Counted from the stretch's first letter, positions 1 through 13,006 are shown. The stretch: 64,000 nt of DNA from Oikopleura dioica (GCA_907165135.1 OU015567.1:2480001-2544000); one strand, 5' to 3'. Notes: generated from the sequence alone by a model not told the origin. Numbers and translations are program-made.

Positions 1-24
1 TTCAAATCATCAAGCAGCCCAAAA

Positions 25-803
25 ATGAAACTTTCTTTGACCTTATTTCTCGCTGCTTCGGCTCAAGATTTGGCCGACCAACGATGTGTAGATTACAATC
101 TTGGTCAACGATGCAAATCCGAATGCAATGGCGCTCTCTTCACTTGCGAGTCTGCTTGTGATCCCAATGACTACACGTGAGTTCGTTTTTTTTTCTTTCG
201 ACAAGTTCATGGCTTATTTTTCTAGCTGCCAAACTCGGTGCCAATCAACCCACCTCGATTGCACCAACACCTGTCCTTGTGGCCCTGCTTGTCCTCTCGG
301 GTGTAGTTCTAGCGATGGCTGCGCTCTTAACAGTTTCTGCTCCTACAGAAGCGTTCTGTTGATCAATCACGAGTGTGTAGCTGCTGCTTTCGTCATCAAC
401 ACGGAAGATGATAGTGTCAAGGGGGCGGCATTCGACTATAATGTTCTCGGTAATCGAAGATCGATAGGTGCCAATGAAAACTTGTTTAGACATTGAGGAC
501 TCCTGCTCTGTTGTGTTCAGAGGCGAAGCCTTGATCATCGGTGGTTATCAACGACCAAGGCAAATTTCGAAGCTCAATGAGTCGGGAACGTGCGGCATCT
601 CTCACATGGTAATTATAAGTTTCATGGTGAAAGGGAAAAATACACTATAATTTTTAGTCTATAAAGATTCATTTTGAGAAGAAATATATATTTTTTTTCT
701 AGAAATTGTTTTTTTAAGAATCATTTTTGCAATTTTTTTTCTAAGATTTATAGATAAAAGGAACATCTTAATCCTTACAGTCGAACACATGGATGGTATG
801 TAC
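25..803 (+). pseudogene. Truncated copy A of a secreted Cys-rich + kelch-like beta-propeller family gene
   Basis: ATG 25; exons 25-176, 226-449, 490-608 with GT-AG introns of 49 and 40 nt. Near-identical to copy C (3152-). The acceptor of exon 4 is lost relative to copy C, and homology stops after ILTVEHMDGMY at 803. Confidence 0.75.
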
Positions 804-1783
804 TGCAAGATCCATAGTATCCATCAACATGCGGAATCGAGAGCTCTTCGTCCTGTACTTCTAGAGCGTTTCTGCCGACGATCGCAATTTGTCGGTACTG
901 GAAATAGCTTCCCAAAACGTATGGAACTCCTCGAAACACGACGGAGCAGGAGTCCTCGATGTCTAAAATCCTTTTAACCAAAAGCAAGGCGGATTAGCAA
1001 CCAAGTTCGTTCAGCTCTGGTTCATAAAGTGTCAACAAAGAAAGATTACTTACTCGCCGGATAAGCGTAATCATAATCCACGGCCGTGTATGTTTGGGAG
1101 AGTGTGTCGATAAGAAGGCCTTTGCCAATGCCAGCCTGTCTTGGATTCAGGATAAGGAGGTCTAAAAGGGACCAGAAAATCAGCTCAAGTTCAATAGAAA
1201 ATAGTTCAGAAAAAATATGCTATTGACTGCTACTAAATTTCGGATGATCTTTTGAATCCAAGAGCACCTCTAAAAGTCACCTAACTCTAGCCCCACAAGC
1301 TGTATCAAAAAGCTCGTGTGGTTAGGTGTTCGACCAGTTTGCGGTAACACGCTTTTACTGAGTGTTTTCTATTTGAACAAAATCAACAGTTACGTAGCTA
1401 TTGAATTCTGAATTGCTTCTGTGTCTTTTCCTGTGTAAGAACAAAATTCATTTTCTGGGCACGAGTCGCATGTTGGACAATTCGGCCCACACGGACAATT
1501 TTGAGTACAATCCAGGAATTCGCCCTGGCATCGTGTAACACATCTTAAAGCGCGTTAAAATTTTTACATTTTCTCTCTCACGAAGCTTACGAAAAATCAC
1601 CATCTTGGCAGTTTCTAGAGCAGTAATGAAGGTCGCCTGAACACTTTGATTGGCACCTCTCTCCTTTGCTCAAATCTCTAAAAATTTTCATTACAGTAAT
1701 GACTGTAGGCTTGGGGCTTCTTACGGGCAAACGTCAGCTAATGACTTTGCAATAAGGGCGGGGAGTAAATATCCAGTTCTCAT
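804..1783 (-). pseudogene. Truncated diverged paralog B of the same Cys-rich/kelch family (5' half only)
   Basis: Phase-consistent exons 1783-1725, 1677-1591, 1543-1431, 1161-1054, 962-804 give MRTGYLLPALIAKSLADVCPDLSKGERCQSKC...CPCGPNCP...NIEDSCSVVFRG...PHVDGYYGSC, colinear with copies A and C. One intron (1430-1162) is GA-AG. Confidence 0.8.
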
Positions 1784-3151
1784 TTTTGAGTAATTTTTGG
1801 GAGAAGTTCGGAGCGGATCATTTTCAATTTTGGAAAATGAAGCAAAAACACGTGCCGCGCTCTCAGATGAAATAAGTTCGTTCTACTTTGTATTCCGCCC
1901 TTTGTTTTCGACGCTAGAAACAGACTCTAAAACCTAGTTGACCGAAGTGCAGGTGGAAGGGAAAGAATGAATACAGCTTGTTGGAAGATTGAGGAATTTC
2001 AGTTGAATAAGAGTGGGGGAAGCGGTATGTGGATAATGATACCGCACAATATGTAACTTACGTACAACTCTAAGACAATTTTTTCTCAAAGAAGAGGGAC
2101 TTGGGATCAGAATTACTCGATAAATTACTCGATAAATTGATGATAAGACCCAGAAAAGCACTCTATCCAGAAATTTCCAATGCGAATTCATCGAACTTTT
2201 CGATCATAAAATTAATACCAAAATATCTTTGCCGAAGAAAAACCACGAATACAAAAAACAGGAAATTCAAGATGAAAATCAAGCAAGAAAAGGATCTGAC
2301 AGCTGATTTCAATCAAGCGCTTCTTTGAATTTCTCGAAAAAGAATGTTGTCCCACGCCAAGATCAATGGACTGCCAGCTGGCAGATTTTCCGACAAGCTG
2401 GAAATTGATATGCATCTGTTTCACTTCCCCTGTCACACGAGGCGGCATTACACCACCGGATGCAAATAAATACGAAGAGAAGAGGCCTAAAAGTCATAAT
2501 CAAAAAACAACAATCAACAGAAAAACCAGCAATGATCTCCAAAACAACCATCAAGAACATCTTCTCCAGCAACAAACACGAACGATTCGGGACTGAAGAA
2601 AAAGCAATGAAGGAATCTTTCAAGCATCAAAAATTCGACAATGCTGAAATTCAACTTCTCTCTTCTACGAAGAACGACAAGCTTAAGAAATTTTCTTTTG
2701 TGCGAAAATATGAACAGCTCTGAATAAAATAAACACAAGTAGCAAAATTCAATTAGTTTCATTTTCATTTATTGAACGTTTTTCATTATTTTTATCAAGT
2801 GCATCCGCTGATAAGCAGCCAGCACTAGAAATCTTTCCATTTTTGCTTCCGCACTTCAAAATATTCAAACGTTGCCAGCTCTCGTGCCACGAATCCTTTT
2901 GGAACTTGACCAAAATCATCTTTAGTCGGTCTGAACGTCGCATTCTCCAAAACCGACCTCGCCCTTGATCGTCGTTCTTCAGAAAAGCACGTTTATTTTC
3001 TTTCCTTTTTTTGCCATCTGAGCGAAAAAAAATCTATTATGCTTTAATTATAAAACTTATTTTCCTGTGAGATTATGACCATCTGGTCGATAGTTCATTA
3101 TATTTATAGCTTTTGGTGCCAAGTCGTTTCAAATCATCAAAACGCCCGAAA

Positions 3152-4833
3152 ATGAAACTTTCCATGACATTTTTTCTCGCTGCTTCGGCTCAAGATTTGG
3201 CCGACCAACGATGTGTAGATTACAATCTTGGTCAACGATGCAAATCCGAATGCAATGGCGCTCTCTTCACTTGCGATTCTGCTTGTGATCCCGATGACTA
3301 CACGTAAGTTTGTTTCTTTTTCTTCCAACAAGTTCATGGCTTATTTTTCTAGCTGCCAAACTCGGTGCCAATCGACCCACCTCGATTGCACGAACACCTG
3401 TCCTTGTGGCCCTGCTTGTCCTCTCGGGTGCAGTTCAAGCGATGGTTGCGCTCTCAACAGTTTCTGCTCCTACAGAAGCGTTCTTCTGATCAATCACGAG
3501 TGGGTAGCTGCTGCTTTCGTCATCAACACGGAAGATGATAGTGTCAAGGGAGCGGCGTTTGACTATAATGTTCTTGGTAATCGAAGATCGATAGGTGCCA
3601 ATGAAAACTCGTTTAGACATTGAGGACTCCTGCTCTGTTGTCTTCAGAGGCGAAGCCTGGATCATCGGTGGTTACCAACGACCAAGGCAAATTTCGAAGC
3701 TCAATGAATCCGGAACTTGCGGCATCACTCACATGGTAATTACAAGTTACATGGTGAAAGGGAAAATACGCTATAATTTATAGTCTAAAGATTCATTTTG
3801 TGAAGTTTTTTATATTTTTTTTCTAGAAATTATTTTCTAAGAATCATTTTTGTAATTTTTTTCTAAGATTTATAGATAAAAAGATTATCTTGATGCCGAT
3901 TCTTTTGAACAAAAAAGTCCTAAGGGTGGATATTCTAGGATAGCTCACTTAGTGAGCCTCACTATTTTTTGGTGATCACAGTAAACAAAACTCATGTCGG
4001 CATTAATAAGGGGTTTTCCTCCGTAAAGAATTTTTAATTTTTGTCTGATGATCGCGCTTTTTTGAAAACACGGTTGGTCAATCATAGTTAGAGAATTTAT
4101 AGAATGAAATCCTAACTGTTGAACACATGGATGGTATGTACGGCTCCTGTGGCGTTTTTGACGGAGCGGTCGCTTTATGCTTCTACGAAAACTCTGATGA
4201 CAACAAGGTATTTCCTCTTTCGTTTTTCGGAAATTCTAAAAATGTCACCAGGCATGTTGGACTTATCAGCCAGGGGAAGAGCAGACCCAGCTTCCAAGTT
4301 CTTCTTTCGGCCACGATTGGGCCGAAATGGTTACCTTCAAGAACGAACTTGTCACTGTTGGAGGCTGCGATTCTACTCTCGTCAACAACTGTAACAGCAA
4401 CACTGAGGTTCTGTACACCGGAAGCGACAGTTGGGTAACTAAAGCTCCAGCGCCTTTCTCTGGATACATTCGAGGACATACCATGACAGCTGATGGCGCA
4501 GCTGTTTATCTCATGGGCGGCAGAACTGTCACTGGAACTCAGAAAAGTAAGCAAAATGTCTTCGCATCTCTCTGTATCCATTTTTTAGACGTGTTGATGT
4601 ACAAAGACAACGTCTGGAGCACCCTCGGCGCGCTGAATGAAACTGGCGCGACAATCAGCTCCGCCTTCCAGTTCGGATACAACTGGTACGTCGGAAACTG
4701 CGCGATCGAAAGGACTACGTATGAAGATGGAAGCTTTAATACCACAACGATTTATGGTGGAAATGGAGGCTGCAGCCTCGATTTGTACTATGCTCACTTT
4801 GTTGAAATTCCAACTGGAACTTGCGCAACTTAA
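3152..4833 (+). CDS. Secreted protein with an N-terminal Cys-rich domain and kelch-like repeats (intact copy C)
   Basis: Exons 3152-3303, 3353-3576, 3617-3735, 4103-4207, ~4252-4546, ~4590-4833. Signal-like MKLSMTFFLAASA, Cys-rich CPCGPACPLGC, kelch-like LVTVGG..W and VYLMGG..W motifs, stop at 4833. Confidence 0.8.
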
Positions 4834-5345
4834 AATTTTAAATAAAAGGCGAAATTCGTTGACAAATTATCTCATGTATCTTTGTTTAAAAACTCAAAAG
4901 AAGATAAATTGTTTATTATCATTCATTAGATCTCGAAGTTTGAGACTGAAAACCTATTTTTTTTCATTTTTAGAGTCTTCCATCAAATCAGTGATCTTCC
5001 GAAAGGATGGGTCCTCCGGATGACCTTGAGAATAGCCCGGAGCTTACAAGCTTGCAATGAGTCTCCATTTTTCGCCTAGCTGAAAATCGAGAAAACTGTA
5101 ATGTGAACATAACTTTTCTGTTAGTTTTTCAATAAAAAGGGGATCGTCCTCCGAGGAGCGCGCAGTTGAACACGTGTAATACTCGCACCATTACGTCAGC
5201 AACGCCGTGAGAGAAACTTTCTTCCTCAACAACGCCCTAGAAAAGCTGTATTTTTTTAACAGAGATACTTATGCGAAGATTTGGAGAGAAAAAATCTATA
5301 AACTGTTCATTTTTAACAATTTGGGTTAAGAAATTTTGCTCTAGA

Positions 5346-8300
5346 ATGTTGCGGCTCTTGGGTCTCGGCTTTCTGGCATCGGTTTCGGCCCTGTTGACCG
5401 AAGCAGGAGTCGTCGTCCTCAAAGACGATGAAACTTGGGACAAGTACATCGATCCAGCCAACAACAAGGTCGGCATGATCGAGTTCTACCAGCCCTGGAG
5501 CGGCGAATGCCAACAATTCAAGCCAATTTACGAAGAAGTTGCCGCGGAATTGTTGGAGCACGACATCCGAGTGGCTAAAGTTGACATAACTGAATTCAAG
5601 GCTAGGGTTCGAAATCTTATAAAAGCTGAAAAAAATTCTCTACTAACTTGGTAGTACCAAGAATATCAATAAGTTTTTTGAAAAAATTTCGACCCAAAAA
5701 CAAAGCTGAAACAAAAAATCGACGAAATGGAAGTGACCGAGTACCCAACCATCTTTTCCGTCAGAAAAGGCGAACTCATGCTCTACAACGACATCCGAGA
5801 CGTCGCTACAATCAAGCAGCATCTTTTGGACATGCGAAGTTCCAAGTGGAAGAAGCCAGAAGAGCTCGTCGTTGAATTGACAGACGAAAACTTTGAAGAC
5901 TATGTCAACGGAGAAGAATTCACAGTCGTCGAATTCTACGCCCCCTGGTGCGGCCATTGCAAAAAGCTCATTCCAGAATACGAAGCCGCCGCAGCTGCAC
6001 TTGCCAAAGACGGAATCAAGCTTGCCAAGATCGATGCGAACAAGTACACTGAGCTCGGTCAGCAATACGGCGTCAGCGGTTACCCTACTTTGAAGATTTT
6101 CAGAAGAGGCAAGGAATTCGACTACAATGGGCCGAGAGAGCGAAAGGGAATCATTTCTTATGTCTTGGATCAGGTCTCCCCGCCGAGCAAGGAAGTGGAG
6201 GTGAAGAAAGAATACAAGAAGATTTTGGAGAAAGGCACTAAGAAGGGTCCAGGTAGGCTTTTCTCTGTCTTAATCCGTCACTTTGGCTTCTAGGATTGGG
6301 CTTAATTGCCTTCTTCGAAAACCCCGAAGACGAACTGATCAACAATTATGCCGATGCCGCCAACGATCTCCGCGAAGACTTCGCTTTCTACCACGTCAAT
6401 GGCGAAAACGTCGCCGCTTTCGGAGGCAAGAACGGACACCTCCGACTCAGCCAGCCTACTCATCTTCAGTCAAAATATGAGCAAAAGGTATTTACCTTAG
6501 TATAACTTTAGTTATTCTTGAAGCTTTATCGTTTATTGATCAATGAATTTCAAACAGAAGGAGTGTTAACAGTAAAGAGGAGTACTTAGCAGTTGTTAGA
6601 GCGTCAAATTTAACCAGCAATCATTGCAAGATAGTAAACAAACGCTATAATAATACAATTTTGGGGGAAAAGAGCTTTGAATTTCTGCTTACCTAGTATA
6701 AAAATGACAAACAGCGCGAAAATCGTATAGGTCATGCATCTTTCATAACCAGACCAGCTTTCCTGCTCTTCTGCGTCTGAAAATTCTTTAAAGTTTCCAT
6801 TCATTTTTCGCTTGTGTTTTGGTTATTTTTATATTATGGTGTTTTTGAGGGTTTGGGCTCACATTTAGGGCGTTTGTATTTCAAATCATCCTCGGGGACG
6901 AAGTCGTAAATTGACACCTGATTAGGGTTTTGCTTTGGAGCTCCTTTTTGCTTCGATTTGTGAGTATTTATGTCGGATTAATTCGAGACAAAATGAACCT
7001 AGATGCCCCTTACTGTTCTTTTTCGAGCCTATATTCTGTAAAAACTCCCCTTTTCTGACTCAAAATCTCATTTTTATCATTTAAAATCAATCGAAATTGT
7101 AAGTTTACCACATAAAAGTAGCGCTAGAATTTTCTATGAACAATATTTTTAATCCATAACTTTTCCGTTGTCATTCTTTAAAAAGATTCTCGATTGTTGT
7201 TTTTTCTCTTTATTTTTTCCAAATAGACTTATTGAAAATTAAATTCCTCGTCAGTCTGCCGACCACAGAAAGTAATCCTCGCTGTCAATATTTTCCTGAT
7301 CCTCAGCCTCGGATTATCCAGCGAGGACATATTGCGAACTTTATCGTGGATCACTTCAAACGCCACTTTTTCTTGCTCATTTTGTGTGCAAAGCTCTTAG
7401 AGCACAAAAAGCTCATCATTTCTTCATCTTTTTTGGCCCCGTAAGCTGCGTAAAATCCACGTTTTTTGAACGAGCGATGTTATCCCACGAAAAGATACAT
7501 TTTTCTTGTTCAATTTAACATCGTGTTTATTGAAACCAAGGTTTTGAGCCATCAAATGTTAACTAGTAAGTTGGGGTTCGGGAAACTCTGCATCAACAAA
7601 AGGATCGATCGCGAGCGACTTGTGATTCTAGAGGTCAACAACGCTCACCTTCTTTGATTTTCTAAATGGCAAAAGTTTTCGCTAAGATCGGAGATTAAAT
7701 CCGATTTCGAAGAAAAAAGAGCTCTTTTTCGAAGCGGGAAAATTGAAATGAAAGGGGGTTTTTAATTGCTCGGTTATGAGACCCTTCTTTTTAGAAGAAG
7801 CAAAAATTATGCATAGATTAAATACGTGACTCAGCAATTTAATCTCACCTGCATAAATATTCGCATCGACGGGCGGAATTGCAGGGCCGTTCAAGTCTGT
7901 TCCCTTTTCTAATCCTCTTACAAGGGAGAACCAGGTCATCTTTTATTCGTCTTTCTGTCTTCTTAGCTCCTTAAAATTATTCTTATTATTGTAATTTTCA
8001 AAAAGCAGATGTTTCGCAATGGAGAATTTGGGCTCCGAAAGCAAGCATATTGTCAAAAATCATCAATAATTACTCCTTTCAAAATGAAAATCGATAATTG
8101 AAAATCAGAGGGGAAAATCTTAATTGTTCTTTTTTCAGTTCTTGGATTTGGACTTGTCCGGCAAAAGCGCAGAAGACATCAAAAACTGGGTGATTGAGCA
8201 CACTCTTCCTCTCGTCGGAGCCGTTACTCCCGCCACAAGGTAAAAATTATCGATAATCGTTGCTGATGTACTCGGCGGAATGAACGTCATTTTCGACGTA

Positions 8301-11300
8301 AATTCAACCGCGAAATGATCAAAGTGAAACACGCAAGATCATGGCTGAGTTCAATCTGCAGCACTTACACTTACCTGTGTCTTTCGCGTGATCCCCTTGG
8401 GTATCGTCGTTGGGTTGAAAAAAGTTAACTTAAAGTCTAGCGGGAATAATCAGACAGTTCAATGCTTCAGTATTATTAAAATAAATCGATGTGATAGACT
8501 TACAGTACAAAAAAACCGTCAAAAAGGAGACCATATTAAAGGGTAGTAGGCGGTTATCATTCGAGCTATCCCTAACCCTAAACGTAACCCAGGGGGCTAC
8601 GCCCCCGGGACCCCCCACCAAACGCCCAAGCCAAGGGGCTTCGCCCCCCGGACCCCCCCAGTCCCTAATCCTAACCACTAGCCCAGATTCTAGGGATATT
8701 GGATGGCTCGAGTCATAGGCTCGAATGATAACCGCTCTCTACGTATTAAGGTCCTCTCTTGTGTATGAGTAGGGTAAATCACTAATAATTGAGCTTTTTT
8801 TTGGGCTAAGAAGGGTAGGCATATAATACAGTTTTAGAAAGCCCAAAAGCTGGGGATCATTTTGACTATTGATACCGGGGGGTGATCTTGTACCCTGAGG
8901 GCATTTAGGTACCTCCAAAGTCCCAAAATCTGGCCAATTTCAGAAATTTGAATTTTTGAGTGCCTGGACTGGCCTTTCAGAGCCAGTGACTATGCTAGAA
9001 TTGTAGCCCAGGCTCTGACGGTCATTTTGAGATACAGAAAAGTACTGACACCCGGGGGTTCCTAAGGAGCTAGAGGCTCTTGAAGTTGGGAAACTCGACA
9101 AAAAGTGAGTACTTTTTCATAAAAAGTTCACCATTTGTGTCACAAATGCCTTCCAAACACTTTTTATCTATGTTTCTTCATTGAAAAATGTTAAAGAAAT
9201 CATTTGGGATCATCTGAGGTCACTTTAGGTCAGAAATTTTGAAAAATTTAGAAAACTGTCATGAGTGACCTAATTTGACCTCTGATGACCCCAAATGATT
9301 TCTTTAACATTTTTCAATGAAGTAACATAGATAAAAAGTGTTTGGAAGGCATTTGTGACACAAATGGTGTACTTTTTATGAAAAATTACTAACTTTTTGT
9401 GGAGTTCCCCAACTTCAAGAGCCTCTAGCTCCTCAGGAACCCCCGGGTGTCAGTACTTTTCTGTATCTCAAAATGAACGTCAGAGCCTGGGCTACAATTC
9501 TAGCATAGTCGCTGGCTCTGAAAGGCCAGTCCAGGCATTCAAAAATTCAAATTTCTGAAATTGGCCTGATTTTAGGACTTTGGAGGTACCTAAATGCCCT
9601 CAGGGTACAAGATCACCCCCCGGTATCAATAGTCAAAATGATCCCCAGCTTTTGGGCTTTCTAAAACGGTATTATATGCCTACCCTACTAAGCCCAAAAA
9701 AATGCTCAATTATTAGTGATTTACCCTATGTATGAGCAAATTTTCAAATTAAATCAGTTGATCTTACCTTTATCCCTTTTCAGCAAATTCTACGAGCACC
9801 AATATCCCCGCTGCTTGGTATTCTACTCGGTGGATTTCTCTCACGCGTACATCAAGAACACGCAATTATGGCGCGAGAAGGTCAGTGCTCTCTGCTTTTT
9901 ATCTCCGAAAACACTCAAAATATTATTTTCACTTTATCTGAATAGACACCACGGGTGCGTGCTCTTCATTCCCCCGGGGCATTGCTCGCGAGAAGCGGAT
10001 TATGTCTCGTTCGAGAGAGTTCCAGTTGTAACCCGACAGGTGATCAACCTTTTTCGTGTCTGGGACTCATTATTTCCTCCTAATGAAATAAGTATTCGGT
10101 CATATGTTATTGGTCATGCTTATTTTTATCAATCATAACAAAGAAGCTGAAAAACGAGCCTGAAACTCAAAAGGGGCAATTAGTGACCTTATTTATCCAT
10201 TAATTTATTCTAAGTCAGGGATCGCAAACAAGACTTTTTCAAGAGTTCATCCCTTTTTTCCTCGAACCAGCATTGATGCTTTTCTTTAGGTGCTCAAGAT
10301 CGCAATCGACTTTGTGAAAAGAGGCGAAAACGTCATCTTTGCCGTCGCGGACGAGGATCAGAATAAGGAGCTTTTGAAAAAGTTCAACTTGCACGATTCT
10401 GGTGAGGAGCTGAATATTGGCTACATTGGAGCGGATAAACTTTACTACCCGATGGAGGAATTCGATGAGTGGGATCACGACGAAATCAGCGATTTTGTCA
10501 AATCTGTTCTCAAGGAAAGAGTTTTATTTTGCCATAAGCGGTTAAATTGCGTAGAATTTTATTAAACTCAAAAAGGGAAAAGCCAAGCCCTTCATCAAGT
10601 CCGAAAAAGTGCCAAAAACCCAAGGGAACGTCATTAAAGTCGTGGGAAAAACCTTCAAGCAAATCATCGACGACGACTCGAAAAATGTCATGATTGAATT
10701 TTATGCTCCTTGGTGTGGCCATTGCAAGGTATGAACAAATTCTTCGTGTGCTTACGAATTAAATTGTCATTTGAACGTGGTTTTGTACGTCAGCTTCGAG
10801 CTTGTTCAAGATTCGCGTACATGAAAGATTGTCCAAAACGAACAAGTACTTGCGTAATCTTACTTTTTAAACAACAGTAAGATAAAGAATATTTTTTGAA
10901 GACAAAGTTCGCTGCATCTTTTGTCCTTTTTGCAGTCCAAAGTTTAGACTGTAAACTTTTGACTTGACAAGCTTTCATTTTTCATCGCTTTCAGTCCAAA
11001 AAAGAGGCGTGGTCCGACAAAAAGATAATCGGATTTTCAGCAATTGGCTCCAATTTATGACGAGCTCGGTGACGAGTTCAAAGCCGACGAATCTACTGTC
11101 ATCGCGAAAATGGACGCCGTCGCCAACGACATCACCAATCCAGAATACATCGTCGAGGGCTTCCCGACGATCTATTTCAAGCCAGCTGGTGGAAAGCCAA
11201 TGATTTATGACAAAGGTCGAGAAATTGCCGATTTCATCACTTTTATCGAGGAGAATAAAGCCGGAGCGGAAAAGAAAGAAGAAAAAACAGAGGAAACAGA

Positions 11301-11325
11301 GGACAGTCCAAAAGACGAGCTCTAA
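5346..11325 (+). CDS. PDIA4: Protein disulfide-isomerase A4 (ERp72)-like
   Basis: Signal peptide, three thioredoxin active-site regions (WSGEC, WCGHC, WCGHC) and C-terminal KDEL. Exons 5346-5600, 5706-6252, 6294-6487, 8139-8239, 9784-9880, ~10290-10514, 10576-10728, 11041-11325. Confidence 0.92.
8543..8742. mobile_element. Short MITE-like element with ~24-bp imperfect TIRs and internal TAACCC/GC-rich motifs (PDI intron)
   Basis: gtagtaggcggttatcattcgagc (8543-8566) is the reverse complement of 8719-8742 apart from a few mismatches. A partial second copy lies at 59901-59988. Confidence 0.65.
8770..9728. mobile_element. Non-autonomous hAT-type foldback element
   Basis: TAGGG...CCCTA termini and 8-bp TSD tgtatgag (8762-8769 and 9729-9736). 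The arms are inverted repeats over ~460 bp each. No ORF. Confidence 0.9.
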
Positions 11326-12655
11326 GAGAAGATGAACAATCGAGCTTGAAACGATAAAAACCGCTGCCAAATTAGGTAAGAAACGCGTCAAATTTCGAAG
11401 TAGCAAGCTTAACCTACTTTAGTACTTTTGGAACACTAAGTGGCTCCTTCCAATCGAATCATTTCTCGAGTACCGTGAGATTCCTTTCAATAACACTGCC
11501 ATTTAGTATCTTCCTTCCCCAATTCTTCAGACCAGCCAGAGTTGACAATAAGTGCAATATTTATAAGAACAAAGATTTCGAACAAAACCTGTTTTTCCTG
11601 TACAATTTCTTGAATTGCCTGATTATTATTATTTGAATAAATTATTCATAGAACCAATCGTGTTTTTCAGCTTATGGTACGTCAAGTTTAAGAGCTCCCC
11701 GAAGGAACGGTTCCACAAGTCCTAATTCTATGTATACAGCGAATAAGCCACTTGGCACGAAAGACCTAGTCTTGTTACATTTCCATGTTGGAATTGCTAG
11801 CTAGCTGTTATGTTTATTAGATTAGCGGTATTGGAGTCATCGTATAACCAGAAAAAATTCATGGTGCAAGAGTTTATTTTCAAAATTAAGTTTTTCATAA
11901 ACTCAAAAACCGGATTTTATGTTCAAAGTTCAACAAATCAAAAGCCAGCTGTTCATTTTATGATATATTTCGCTTCATAATTTGCCCCAAATAACCAGTC
12001 ATAAAATCATGGGAGATGGTAATTGAGTCATAAACTCGCTGCTCTTGAGCGAATGGAACTGATGACGCATGGCTAAGCAAAGTGTGCTTGCTCGGCTTGT
12101 AATCTTTATTGTTCTTTTTGAAAAAGAGTGTCTCCCTCTTTTTCTGTGAGAGAAAAGGGAAACTGGTCAGCTGGCTTTTGTGAGTCACGTGATCGATTGG
12201 AAAGAAACGGATACTGGAATTTAGACGAAGAAAAAAATCCATTGATTGAATTTGAAAAAGAGAGAAAAGAAAAAAAAATGCGGCAAATTCACGAATTTCC
12301 AAAAGCATATTCGAAAAACGCCCAAATCCCGATCGAAGATTTTTCAGAAAGGAAAGGAGGAAAAAAGAAGCCAAAATTTAATTTCACTATTTCTTGAGCT
12401 CGGACCGCAAAAAAGCTGCATGAGTAGCTGCCGAGTATTGCTTATCTTGTTAAACTTTACTCACGTCAGTCTTATTAGCCATTCTTCGACACCTGTGCGG
12501 TTTTTGGTTAATCAAACCAAGAATTTTCGAATTCTACGCCCTCTTTTATGCGACTGAGATTGAATTGTAAACGCTCAAATTTCAGGCGTTCTGACTCGAA
12601 CTGAATTTTTACAGTGACCATTAAAGTGCTGTCAATTTCGTCAAGTTTATTTCAG

Positions 12656-13006
12656 CTAAAAATCAGCTCCAGACTCAATCAATTGAATACAGAAATGAAA
12701 GCAGGAAAAGATTAGACCAGCGATTGATGTGAAAATAAGGATTATGAAAATTTTGATGTGGCGGAAGAAACAGCATTGTTCCGTGGTCTCCTCTTCATTT
12801 ATCTCTTTTTCAGCGTTAGAAATGGGAATGGAAGTGTCAGTTCTCGGCTTTTCCGCTTGTTTTTCAGGCTCTAAAATGATTTTTTCATAAGAAATAGGAA
12901 GAAAGCTGATGATCAGAATTGTTTTATGAAATTTACCCTTCTGAATACAGGTCTTATCAGTAGTACGGCCATCAAAAGATTCATTTTCGGGTATTATTCT
13001 CGCCAT
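12656..13006 (-). CDS. Hypothetical small protein with a C-terminal hydrophobic segment (possibly tail-anchored)
   Basis: 116-aa ORF from a good ATG, with hydrophobic IKIFIILIFTSIAGLIFSCFHFCI near the C-terminus. It may contain an in-frame GT-AG intron. Divergent from the Rab gene. No family recognised. Confidence 0.35.
   Translation of the reverse strand: MARIIPENESFDGRTTDKTCIQKGKFHKTILIISFLPISYEKIILEPEKQAEKPRTDTSIPISNAEKEINEEETTEQCCFFRHIKIFIILIFTSIAGLIFSCFHFCIQLIESGADF

Noticed and set aside
1934-2943. Several overlapping 64-87 aa ORFs between paralog B and copy C
   Set aside because: No consistent splice model or recognisable domain, and frames are interrupted by stops.
7230-7660. Possible nested minus-strand gene in the long PDI intron
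   Set aside because: Coding-looking stretches could not be joined in frame, and stops intervene.
8571-8590. TAACCC telomere-like motifs (also 31718, 40749, 59933)
   Set aside because: Only 1-3 degenerate units, mostly inside a MITE family; not an interstitial telomere array.
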